Assembly: GCA_964016885.1 (NCBI GenBank)
Contig: OZ024741.1
Location: 363,320,001-363,384,000 of the forward strand
Length of the DNA: 64,000 bases
Source of the DNA: Eledone cirrhosa
Lineage: Eukaryota
Direction: 5' to 3'
The notes beneath the pieces were generated by a model. The model did not search any database, was not told the origin of the DNA, and saw only the letters and a list, made by a program, of their open reading frames with translations. Positions 52,219 to 63,660 of this stretch are shown one piece after another. Each line of letters begins with the position of its first letter. Position 1 is the stretch's first letter. The position numbers and the translations under genes are program-made.

Positions 52219-52745
52219 AGGGTAAATTTATAGAAAAGTACCTGTAGGGGTTCGCTAAAAATTTTTTTCCTAGCTAGGTTTTTGTGTGTTTTCAACTAAT
52301 CTGACCTCCGACATGCTCACAATCGATTTTCTCCTCCAAAAACGGAAAGGGAAACGAGGGGAGGGGACTCTCGGATTTCTCCAATCTCGGAGATTTCTTC
52401 GGTAGGAATTCTTTTTCTTTTTTAGGTGTTTTCGTTTATTTTCGACCGACCTGACGTCCTACTCACTTGCCAAATATTCCTTTTTTCGGAACGTTGGCAA
52501 GTGAGTCGGATGACAGATCGGTTGAAATCAACCGAAGAAACCCAGAAAAGAATAAAAATTCCTACCGAAGAGAAATCCGAGGTTGGGAAAATGTGAGCCC
52601 CACCCCCACCCCCATTTCGTTTTCGGAAAAAAAAAGTTGATTGTGAACATGTCGGAGGTCAAATTAGTTGAGAATACACGAACATACCCAGAAAAAAACA
52701 ACTGGTTAACAAACCCCAGCAGGTGCTTTTCTATAAATTTATCCT
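52219..52745. mobile_element. About 525 bp foldback element
   Basis: Imperfect inverted arms of about 255 bp: AGGGTAAATTTATAGAAAAG...CTTTTCTATAAATTTATCCT; loop near 52480. Confidence 0.85.
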
Positions 52746-53494
52746 CCGGGAAAACACTTTCTCTATTCTGTCTGCCGGATCGTGGGGCAGCCAACGCGAG
52801 GACCTCCATTTGCTCACAATAGTGAGAGATGGGCAGAACGGGAAAGACGGAGGCAGATACCAGGTCCGAACACAATGGAACCAAACTCCCACTGTCACTG
52901 CCTCCGTCTTTCCCGTTCTCCCCATCTCTCACATGAGAGTGGGAGTTTGGTTCCATTGTGTTCGGACCTGGTATATATGTATATATTTATTTACCACATC
53001 ACATTAACTGTATATAAGGTAGGTACAGCGTCGGATACCATGCTTCGCGACAGAGTTACGGCCCTTTACGTTCTGAGTTCAAATCCCGCCGAGGTTAGCT
53101 TAGTCTTTCATCCTTACGGGGTCGATAAAATAAAGCACCAGTGCGTACAAGCGTTGATTTAATCAATTTTACCCTCCCCTTCAAATTGCCGGCCTTGTGC
53201 TTAAAGTAGAAACAATTATTATAGTTTAGAATGACTTCAACAAAATCTTAATGCTTTATGACGTAATTAAACTGAGTTTGACGTATTAACCCTTGTGATA
53301 TAAAACATTTACTGGTTGTACGATACAAAGCAGGTATGTTTTCATTGAAATTTATTTAGTTGAGAAGAAAGAATGGAATGTAAAATAAGAAAATATTTTA
53401 AAAAAACAGGAAATGGGAGGGAAAAGCAAGGGCTCCAGTGACACAGAAGAAGGTGGGGGGGGGACTCTGAGGCTGCATGCAGCTTGCGGACAGG

Positions 53495-53935
53495 ACCCCA
53501 AAAACATTCCCGCAAACAATGGCCTGCGACACCCGCTGCAACAGCCACCCTACCTCGCGGGGATCTTTTCTCAGACGGGCCGCCGAGATTCCGATCTTGT
53601 GGAAAAGCTCGACAGTACGGGGTCCAAGTCCGCTAGAAATCTCGACGGTCGGACAATCCCCGGTATTTGTTTATTTTCCTTTCCTCTGCATAGCGGGCCG
53701 CGGCACCGGTGTTTGTGGCCGAAGCGAGTAAGTTGGAGGCGGAGAACGTGGTACAACATTTAGTGTCCCAATTGAGGGATCTATCTCCTTCGAATGGGAA
53801 GAGGGTGATGGCACTGGGGCGTTTGCTGTCTCCACGGTCAAGGCCCGCTGGCTCCAGTTGTGATGGGAAACCAGCTGCGACCAGGTTCCTTCTCAATATG
53901 TCGTTGAGAGCAGCATGTTGGGAGTAACCGGCCTA
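53495..53935 (-). mobile_element. CRE-like non-LTR retrotransposon fragment (RLE region)
   Basis: AAGFPSQLEPAGLDRGDSKRP..TLFPF.G..L.WD..C..TF; paralogous to 54550-55326. Confidence 0.8.
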
Positions 53936-54549
53936 CGCTATATTTATCTATAATATAAAGGAAATTTGTCTGTGTGTGTATGGATTGTATTCAGAAATTA
54001 TAGCATTTATTTTGATGTATAAAACAGTAATTTATATTAAATTCAATTTTATATATTTTCCCGTATTCATATGAAAACAATCTTGCTATTTTGTTTTTGA
54101 ATTATCTTTCTGTCTCCATTCTGTTGAGGATAGAGAGGATGAAAAAGTGGAAGATAGAGGAGGTGAGAAAAAGAGAGAGGGAGAGATGACAGAATATGAA
54201 AGATGAAAGAATATGAGTGAACATTTTAGAGAAGGGGAAATAGTTAGATTAAGAGAGAGGGAGAGAGAGAGGGTGGGGTGGGGGGACAACATTTTTATTG
54301 AAATTTAAAAAAGAAAGGGGATAGAAAATGTGTTACTGAGAGTGGGAAGACGGCGTTCTTTGATTATGACGTTTGCAACGTTACATTACAGACTTTACTT
54401 TGTATGTCTAATGTGTAATGTGTTTTCTAATAAATAGTTTGCTGCAATAACGTTGAGTAAATTTCCAATATATCTTTTTCAAGCTTTGATATTTAAGCAT
54501 TAGAAGAGATAAGCTTCACAATCTATATAAGAGTTTATAACTTAGCCTA

Positions 54550-55575
54550 TTAATCCGTATGGTGAGCAAATGGGGTCCCACTTGTTGGCCTTCCCAAGGC
54601 CCCGGCAGACAGGATGGCGAAGGCGTTTCCCCGGAGGATGGTAAGGGAGATGCGCCGGAAGAGCCATTTCAACTCGCGAGGCTCACACCTGCAGCTGGCC
54701 AGCTCGGCGCCTATGGTGGGGAATAGGGAGGTAGCCCTAGGACCAAGGACACCAGAAGTCTCCACTGCCAAGGGCAAGACCGCGAACCTGTCGGAGAGCG
54801 ACCGGTACTTGGAGAGTTTGGCCTCCTCAGCCCGACGTGCAGCAGTACCTGGGTTAGTCGCAGACTGCACCAGGTTGCGGCTGGAGAAAGTGTCGCTGCA
54901 AGTGGCATTCCAGACGAGGAGTTTGCCACCGCGGAACGGGAAGATGGTCATACCGTCTGGCCTTTTGCTATCCCCTCGGCCAAGCCTCACCGGCTCGATC
55001 TGGGAGGGGAAGCCTGCAGCGTCCAAACCATGCTTAATGACCTCGTTGAGTGCAGCATGGCGTGGAAGGCGGCCGGCACTGTGGCGACAGGAAAGCGGGT
55101 GGAGGCCGAAAGAGTCCACGGTGGATCCACAGCGACATTTATGTGGCTCGCAGATCCGGAGTCCAAGCCTCAAGGAAACGCCAATGTGTAGGCTATCATT
55201 ATCCAGCTGCGTGCCAGTGGAGAAGGAGCTCAAGGCATGGAGCCAAGCACCACTGTGGGGTTTGGAGGCCGCGCGAAAACAGGTCGAGCTGGCGCGTGAG
55301 CCTGTCTGCACTGGATGGCATCCCATATGCTTTGGGGGGACTTGACGTCAGCAGGGGAGAAGAAGGAGGGACGTCTATTGGGCTAAGTCCCAGCCTGTCC
55401 CACGTCTCACAGGCAACCTCACGTTCCATGAAAACAGAGGGTTCTATTGTGTTTTGGAGAACCCTGCTGACGAGGACGCGGTATGAGGTTACAAAGCCAG
55501 CGAGATCGGGGACCGGAGGCCAAGGCCGCCATATCTGACAGGTAAAGTGGCTTGTTGCCACCCAATGTCGTCAGA
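54550..55575 (-). mobile_element. CRE-clade non-LTR retrotransposon 3' part (RT thumb, CCHC knuckle, restriction-like endonuclease)
   Basis: WQQATLPVRYGGLGLRS; HSGAWL; CRCG..VD..GLH..SC; RH..LN; KRPDG; AVETSG; RGNA. Confidence 0.88.
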
Positions 55576-55699
55576 ATAGAATGTTGTAGTTTGCTTGAAG
55601 CATCGTGCATAGAGTATAATGTAGAAAATGATTTGTTTTAGGAAGACTAATAAAACGGTCCTGCTATAGATCGATGTTATCACTACACGATATACAACG

Positions 55700-56780
55700 C
55701 CTAAAACGATAATCCCTCTGGTTTTGCAAGAAACACCACTGCAACAGAAATTCTTCACGCAAGACCAACAGAGACAGTCAAGACACCACCAACGAGCCTA
55801 CCGACGCTTCGAGCAATACCACCACTCTCGTCACATACTTAACAGGATCACTCTCACACGAAGAACTTAAAACTCCTCAGTATTGGCCCAAAATTTATAT
55901 TGACTCAGCGCCTGGATGACAGAATGAAACTAAACCCTGAACTTTATCGCCTCAATTCAAATCCCGCCGAGGTTAACTTTGCCTTTCATCCTTACGGGGG
56001 TCGATAGAATAAAGTACCAGTAATGCACTGGAATAATTGCTGGCCTTGTGCCAAAAGTAGAAACAATTATCACTACACGATATACAACGCCTAGTGTTGT
56101 ATCTCCAGGATACAACACTACATTCTAAAAACCCCGCAGGAAAAGGCCCTCGGAGACTTCTCTTCTTATAAAAGGAAAAAGGGCTGCGTCATCTCTCGAG
56201 ACACATACAACAGCTTGGCATATAAGCACCTTAGCAACGGTGGGCTACATACAGAAGTGACGGATGTAGCTGTATCCCAGATTGAAGACCATATCAACAC
56301 CACCTGGACGGATATCTGCATCCAAAGACAACTTCCTAACAAGTATAAAAAGAACTTCCCTACCAGAAATAGCAGACTGCCAAACATTGTCTCTGGTATA
56401 GGACCATCCCCCTATAAAATCCCCTGGCTCTTCAAACCTATATTCTCTACATTTCCCGGGCATGTGAGCCAACTGAAACCCATCCAACATATACTGCTTT
56501 GGCCTCACCCCACCAGACATCAACTACTATCCGTCGTCGTAGAAAATACATACTTCATCTTCCAACACCACATATACAGACAACAAATCTACCCATGTTT
56601 TCTTCACCCGATACATAGACGATATACTCATCCTCACATGATTCTGTGAAGAGGCCGACATGATATCCATGACTTTCTCAAACATAGATAACAACATACG
56701 ATTCACCGTAGAACACCCCGATAACAATGATTCCCTGTTCCTGCTGGACTTCCAACTTAGAATAACAGAAGAAGGCGATA
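55700..56780 (+). mobile_element. Decayed Penelope-like reverse transcriptase
   Basis: LSHEE.KLLSIGPKF, IVSGIGP, NTYF.F....Y.Q, RYIDDILI, IRFTVEHPDNNDSL.LLD; SINE inserted at 55955-56066. Confidence 0.8.
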
Positions 56781-56934
56781 TGTAGCGAAATCTCTCCACA
56801 CATATTGACCCCCAATTGACATGGGGGTGCTGTTTTTCTTTCTCTCGGGTTGGCGCCTGTAGTCTGGAGAAACTGGAGTTAAATGAGATACAATTTTCTT
56901 AAAACCATTCGACTCTCGTTTCTCGGAAGAGAAG

Positions 56935-57189
56935 TGTGGGTATGGTGTGGTGTGTGCGGTGGCCGGAAGCTGGGGAGTGCTTGACCGGAAGGGTGCTTGG
57001 CTGGAAGGGTGCTCGACCGGAAGGGCCAGCAGGTCGGCCTCTCTCTAGTGGTGATCAGGAACGTGGTGGACGCGAGTTTGGCAGCTGCCGGTGTTAATGA
57101 GTTGGACACACGTGGAAGAGGAGAAACCAGCCATGGGATTTAGCGGCGCCTATGAAAAGCGGTAAATGAGATAGCTTTTTCTAACCACA
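56935..57189 (+). repeat. 5' LTR (255 bp)
   Basis: Direct repeat of 60858-61117; internal GACCGGAAGGGTGCTYG repeats. Confidence 0.93.
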
Positions 57190-57327
57190 AGCTATTTCGG
57201 CACTGGAAACTGAGATCTGATTGAAAAAAAAAAAAAAAAAAAAATCTTTCTCGAAAACAAAGCTACTGGAAAAACAGAGAGGAGTCTGTTGTTGTTTTTT
57301 ATTACGTACCGCAAGACAAATTAGGAT

Positions 57328-58088
57328 ATGGCGACGAGACTACGAACGAGCGAAGCGATTAGCGTATTTACCGTGAAGGCGATGTTGTCGCTTGTCTGCG
57401 AAAAGTCCGGCTGGTCGCAAGCTTACAGAAGATAGAAGATGTGGCTGGCCTCATGGCATTGTACCTAGAGGGGGACGCGTTGGTACTCTTCCTTGAGTTG
57501 GATGAACACAGCCAAAATGATGCGCAAAAGATTGAGAGGCGCATGATGGAAGCGTTTGCGGAGGGACTGTTAACCGCTTTTGCTAAGCTGACAAGAATTA
57601 GATGGAACGGTGAACGCGTTGACATTTTCGCAGCGGAAATACGGTGATTGGCCATGTTGGCTGGATATCGGGTGGAATGCGAACGCACGGTGCGGTTGGC
57701 GTTCATAAATGGATTTCCAGACGACATAGCGGTGAAACTGCAGCAAGTCTCGGGTTACAAAGAAATGGAGATGCGTTCACTGGTGGAGCAAGCCCGCATC
57801 ATAGCAGAAGATGCCAAGAAGAGTGTCGCGGCGATAGCAACTGCAGAGGCTCAAGACAGCTGGCAGCGAAATGGTGAAAGGGAGGCAACCACGGCACGCG
57901 GTCGCCCGCGAGCGTTTAGAGGTCGCTGTTTTAGGTGCCAGGACCCGCACATGGCGAGAGACTGTAGAGAGTCAAGGCCGGAAATAATATGCTACCGGTG
58001 TAAGCGACTAGGCCACATCGCTACTAACTGCGACCAGGGAAACGATCGAAGGGGAACTACTGCGCCGGTAGTTGCCCCTTACAAGTAG
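57328..58088 (+). pseudogene. Disrupted gag with two CCHC zinc knuckles
   Basis: CFRCQDPHMARDC and CYRCKRLGHIATNC; frameshift and stop upstream. Confidence 0.88.
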
Positions 58089-60844
58089 AGGCGCTGCCCG
58101 TGGTGGAAGTCTTCGTGAGGTGAAAGCCACAGCGAGCCCTCGTGGACACGGGCTGTACAACGACACTGGTGACCGCGGGGTTGGCGCAGAGGTGGAGAGG
58201 GAAGAGTAGCGTAAGGACAGTCGACGGCAGGAAAATTGAATGCCGAGGTCGCAGCGAGGTGGAGATGGCGGTACGGGGAAGGAAAATAAGGCTTTCTGCC
58301 ATCGTAGTTGACAACGTGATGGATGGGATCGGCGTGGTTATGGTCACAGTGAACAACGTTGGTGTGTCGTTTGGCGGCGCTGCATCGGTATGCGCTGTGA
58401 GTGCGTGACAGGAGAGCCAGAAGGCCCACGAGTAGAAATACCCCACTTACACTGTGCAGGACAAAGACTTCAAGGCAGTGTTCGATGGGCAGCGATGGGT
58501 TGTTGAGTAGTACTGGAAGGGAGAACCACCAACACTGAAGACCAAAGTGGGCTGCTGTCAACACACATTGAATGGAGACATTAGGAGCGAGTTCGAGCGA
58601 GAGGTAGAGAGATGGATTGAGAAGGGCATACTGCTTCCCTGGAAAGAGGAGGTGAAGTGCGGAGTACTGCCGTTAATGGCGGTGGCGCAACCCACGAAGA
58701 ACAAGGTGAGGCCGGTACTGGACTTTCGGGAGCTGAACGAGCACGTGTCATGCCACACGGGTGGCGAGGTCACGGATGTCTGTGGGGAAACCCTGCGTGA
58801 GTGGAGACGCATGACGGGGGTTCCGCAATCGTAGATCTAAAGTCGGCATACTTGCAATTGCATATAGATGAGAAGCTCTGGCAGTATCAGCTGGTCAGGT
58901 ATAAGGGCCGGACATATTGCCTGACCAGGCTCGGTTTAGGGCTGAGCTCCGCACCGAAGATCATGGCGGTGGTCCTGAAGACCATTCTGGGAAAGGCCGA
59001 CAAGATGAAGAGGGCCACTAATTCCTACATTGACGACATCCTAGTGGACGAGTCTGTAGTGTCGGCGGCGGCGGTCACGAGCCATTTACAGGGGTATGGA
59101 CTGGCTGCGAAGCCGTCAGAAGCGTTGGAGGGAGGAGCCGCGCTGGGACTTAGGCTACGGCGAGATAGGACGGACGTCTTGGTATTCCAGAGGGGAAATG
59201 AAGTTCCAGAACTGGGCCCAAGTATGAGTAGGCGGGATCTCTTCTCGGTGTGTGGAAAGTTGGTGGGTCACTACCCGATTGCTGGGTGGCTCCGGACAGC
59301 ATGCAGCTATGTCAAGAGACGAGCGGAAGGGGTGACTTGGAGTGACAGAGTGGGAGAGAGGACGGTGGCCATGATGCAGGAGATCGTGGAGAGGGTGAAG
59401 GCCGACGACCCAGTGCAAGGACGCTGGTATGTTCCCAAATCGCAGAGCGGGACCGTATGGTGCGATGCCAGCAGCATAGCACTGGGTGTCACGTTGGAGA
59501 TAGGAGGTGTTGAGGTCGAGGATGCAGCCTGTCTTAGGAAGAAGGACGACTGCAACCACATCAATGTGGCCGAACTGGACGCGGTGTTGAGAGGGGTGAA
59601 CCTCATCCTGAGGTGGGGACTGCGCACCATCGAGATACGCACCGACTCGGCTACTGTACTCGGATGGGTGAGATCAGTGCTCACCAGTGAGAAGAGAGTG
59701 CGAACGAGAGGGGCGGCGGAGTAGCTGATAAAGCGCCGCCTGGGAACTTTAGGAGAGCTGGCCACCGAGTTCGACCTGAGGCTGAGCGTAGTTTTCGTGC
59801 CCTCAGAGAAAAATAGGGCGGACGTCTTAACCAGGGTGAAGAAAGCCTGAATGGAGGCGCCGGAGGAGGTAGAATAGGAGATAGCTGCCGTGTGTCGGTT
59901 GACCGAGTCGGATCTGAAAGGGTTGCATGACATGCACCACATGGGAGTGGATAGGACCCTGTTCCTAGCCAGGAGAATCGATTCGGACGTTAACAGACAC
60001 AGTGTTCAAAGGGTGGTTAGAGGCTGCGTCCGATGTCAGTCCATTGATCCCGCCCCCGGTGTGTACGAAACGGGAAGCCTCCCGGTGGATCACGACTGGA
60101 AGCGATTGGCGGTGGTAGGGAACGTACCTCGATGGTCGACTGTGGACCAGGACGGATGGCGATATGGAGGGAGATGAAGACTGGAACGACCGAGGAAATC
60201 ATGCGGACGTTGAGAGAGGTGTTCTTGGAGCGGGGCCCTGTGGACGAACTGCTGATGGACAACAGCGCAGCGTTCCGCTCGGAGGTGCTGAGGGAGATGC
60301 TCGATGGATGGAAGTTGGACCATTTCTTCAGAGCAGCGTACAGGCCGAGCAGAAATGGAATTATGGAGCGACACCACCGGACGATCAAGGCAATGGCGGA
60401 GCGGGGCCACATCTCACCAATGGAGGCAGTGTTCTGGTACAACATGTCCCCTCGAGTGGGACAGGTTGAGGAATCGGTGCCACACAGAGCAGTATTCAGA
60501 TACGAGTGGCGGCACCCGTCCACACCACCACAACGGCCAGTGGGAGAGAGAATGCATTCGTGCAGGTGGGCGAAGAAGTCTGGGTTAAGCCACCAGATGT
60601 ACGTTGCACATCTCAATGGGGAAGGGGAACGGTGACGGCCGTAAATTCCCAGAACAATGTGTCCATGGACGGAGTACCACGTCATGTCCTGGATGTCCGT
60701 AGAATCACTGTGTCAACGGACTCCGAGGAAGAGGAAACCCAAAGTGCCGCCCCAACACTGCGGAGATCGCAAAGAAGTCGCAAACCACCAACCTGGACAG
60801 CAGACTTTCATATGCAGAAGGACGAGGGGGAAATTGATCCTTGA
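58044..60844 (+). pseudogene. Disrupted pol (protease, RT, RNase H, integrase)
   Basis: LVDTGC; RPVLDFRELN, VDLKSAYLQL, YIDDI; WCDASS, AELDA, TDSATV; H..HH..C..C, MDNSAAFRS, NGIMERHHRTIK. Confidence 0.92.
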
Positions 60845-60857
60845 GATCAGGGGGGCG

Positions 60858-61117
60858 TGTGGTATGGTGCGGTGGCCGGAAGCTGGGGAGTGCTCGACCG
60901 GAAGAGTGCTCGACCGGAAGGTGCTTGGCCGGAAGGGTGCTCGACTGGAAGGGCCAGCAGGTCGGCCTCTTTCTAGTGGTGATCAGGAACGTGGTGGACG
61001 CGAGTTTGGCAGCTCCCGGTGTTAATGAGTTGGACGCATGTGGAAGAGGAGAAACCAGCCATGGGATTTAGCGGCGCCTATGAAACGCGGTAAGTGAGAT
61101 AGCTTTTTCTAACCACA
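60858..61117 (+). repeat. 3' LTR (260 bp)
   Basis: Direct repeat of 56935-57189. Confidence 0.93.
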
Positions 61118-61712
61118 AGAAGGACACCACTTCGAGTTGCTCAAGCAGTTAAGAGATGTAGCGCTTAGCCAAACACTCCAACCCTATCGACAGGGTTGGG
61201 CTACTTCGATAAAGGTTAGTTCAATGCATCTACTACCAGAATCAATGTCAAGCCATGTATCAGTATAAGGAAACTCCCAGGAGAGCCGAACAGCAGAAGC
61301 CTCTCTCGTGCATGTGTTTCAGCCCTTAACTTCTTATACTCTAAGGGAGCCCGGCCGCATCCAGGTCACCACACCTAGGTGCCCTTCTGCTGACACCTTT
61401 TAGTCATTTGGATACCAGAGACGTGTGCATTTAAACCGTATGGGGATTCTGTTCCTCCTCGACAAAATTCGGCTGGAACTTTTCAACGCTTTCTTGAGTT
61501 GTGTTAGAAAAATAACTGTTTCTACTTTTGGCACAAGGCCAGCAATTACCCAGTACACTACTGGTACTTTATTTTATCGACCCCGTAAGGATGAAAGGCA
61601 AAGTTAACCTCGACGGGATTTGAACTCAAACCGTGGTTCATGGTAGCGGTGAAACGACAAGTATCGCCGCCGCCGCCAACATCTCCACGGCTCACTAGTC
61701 ATCTTTATTTAA

Positions 61713-62169
61713 AAGCTATATAATTTGATACGCACCATTTGTTTGTTGAATAAAAAGATACGGAATGTGAGAAAAAATAATTCTTCCAGCATTTGTTTTG
61801 TTGCCTTGGATCTGTTTTGTTTATGACGTCATAATATTTAGAAATGCTTTAACAAAATATAGACAATCTCTCTCCAGAAATTAAAAAAGGAACATCATCT
61901 AGTTCAAAATAGCAATGTAGAAACAGAGACCACAACGAATCTTTTTTGTAATAATCTTCACATAATTTTATTCAGATCTCAATTACAAAACAGTGTTGAC
62001 ATAAATAACAAGATTACCTAGTTTTTACAATTGTAAGTATTCACCTACAAACTTTAAGGAAAGATATGTTCCTTTCGAAGAATATTTGACATTTCTATAA
62101 AAAATATTTTTTCTCGCAATCCGTATCTTTTCATTCAACAAACAAATAGTGCGTATCAAATTATATCTT
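61713..62169. mobile_element. TTAA-flanked MITE with about 70 bp TIRs (Kolobok-like ends)
   Basis: TTAA|AAGCTATATAATTTGATACGCAC...GTGCGTATCAAATTATATCTT|TTAA. Confidence 0.75.
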
Positions 62170-62289
62170 TTAAATATCAAGAACATAAGGAAGTAGGGTA
62201 AATTTTCTCTAAAATTTGTGGGCTCAAATTCGAGATCACTTTCTCTATCACTATCTTCACCAATCTGTCTGTCTATCTATTTAGATAGA

Positions 62290-63660
62290 TATGTTTCTTT
62301 ATTAGCCACAGGGGCACAAAAGAAGGGGACAAATACAAAGGAGAAGTTTACATACAATAAAAACGTGTAAAATGTTATCACAAATGCAATTTAAAAATTA
62401 GTCGATTTTCCCCAATAAGGGGAGACAGTTCATATGGATAACACATACCCCCGAAAAAATGTGCAACCCTCATCTCCGGGAGTACGAAGAGTTTGTACTC
62501 CTTTCCTTTCCTCCTCCTTTTCCTCAACCTACAGGCTGATATAAAGAGAAGGCCCATTCACTCGGGCCATTCTTGCCACTTTCACCACACCTTTCATAAA
62601 ACTTGCTGGGGTACAGCACCTCTCTCCCCATCCTGATTCTTCTTCCAAAGTGTTATTTGAAAAAAAGAATCAGTTGTTGGCCGGAGAGAAAGGTGTCTGA
62701 CCTCAGGCCTTTCAACCTCGTTCACCATACAACCTCTTTCGCCATAGCTATCACACGAAGGAAAACCGCCTCTCCTTCGTTTTTGAAGGAGGGTGGCGGT
62801 TTGATCATGACAATGGACTCGGTGGTCAACCGGATTGGTCCCACCCGCGACAATAGTCGTTCTACATAGCCCCACAGGTCGGTGACGCCCGGGCAGTGTA
62901 TGAATGTGTGCGCGACGGTTTCTTCGTCTCGCACGCACCTCGGACAGATCTTTTTTGCAGGGTCCCTGCTCGGGCGCCCATGTCTGTAGAGCCTGTCTCG
63001 AACTGGTAGAGCTCCTCGGCAGCACTGCCAGGCAAGGGACTTTTGGAAGTTGTCCATCGGTCCCGGGCGGAAGGTCCTACCGAACAGACTGGCCAGTTCA
63101 TCTTCCTCTACGCCTAGAGTTTCACCGAGCGCGTCGTCGCACTTGCTGCGGATCAACCCTCTATAGAATGACGAAGTGGAGTCTCCACTGATCGCCGGGT
63201 CCGCCTGCCAGAGGGCTGTGAGCGCCTGAGCACATTCGATGTGCCAGTCGCCCATTTTCCTCGGTCTTTGCTTGACCCAGGACTGTAGCTCGGTCAGCGA
63301 GACGAGTCGTGGGAAGGCTCGCTTCACGAACGGGGCCCACACCGGTTGTCCGGTGAGGAATACGTAGAGATACCGCAGCCTGAGCGCGTGTTTGCACATC
63401 GTCAGCCACGGCATCCCCAGCCCTCTGTTGGAAGGGTGTTGGCAGCAGATGGATCTTCTCACCAAAGGAGCCTGCCTCTTCCAAAGAAGAGCGCGCGCTC
63501 CATTTTGGTGGGCGTTTTGGCTGGACAAGGCACGACGGTCAAGCGGTAGTAGATGGCGGACGCTATAAAAGTGCTCGCCACCTCCGCTCGACCTTTCAAG
63601 GATAGTTTTCACTCGGCCCACTTCTGGGTGAGTGCAAACACCGACTGGACGGAAGGACCG
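62290..63660 (-). mobile_element. L1/Tx1-like LINE 3' fragment
   Basis: LLWKRQ..LVRR...RGLGMP; LAW...GALPV; CPRC...EETVAHTFIHCP (zf-RVT); 3' UTR ends in TATC/GACA repeats. Confidence 0.87.

Larger units (their letters stand above)
56935..61117 (+). mobile_element. Complete LTR retrotransposon (gag, PR-RT-RNaseH-IN order), 4183 bp
   Basis: 5 bp target site duplication AGAAG (56930-56934 and 61118-61122); LTRs TGTGG...CCACA; polypurine tract AGGGGGG before the 3' LTR. Confidence 0.96.

Noticed and set aside
54614-55345. 243 aa plus-strand ORF
   Set aside because: Antisense shadow of the GC-rich CRE ORF.
56851-56857. TGGCGCC as a canonical PBS for the LTR element
   Set aside because: It lies upstream of the 5' LTR, outside the target site duplication.
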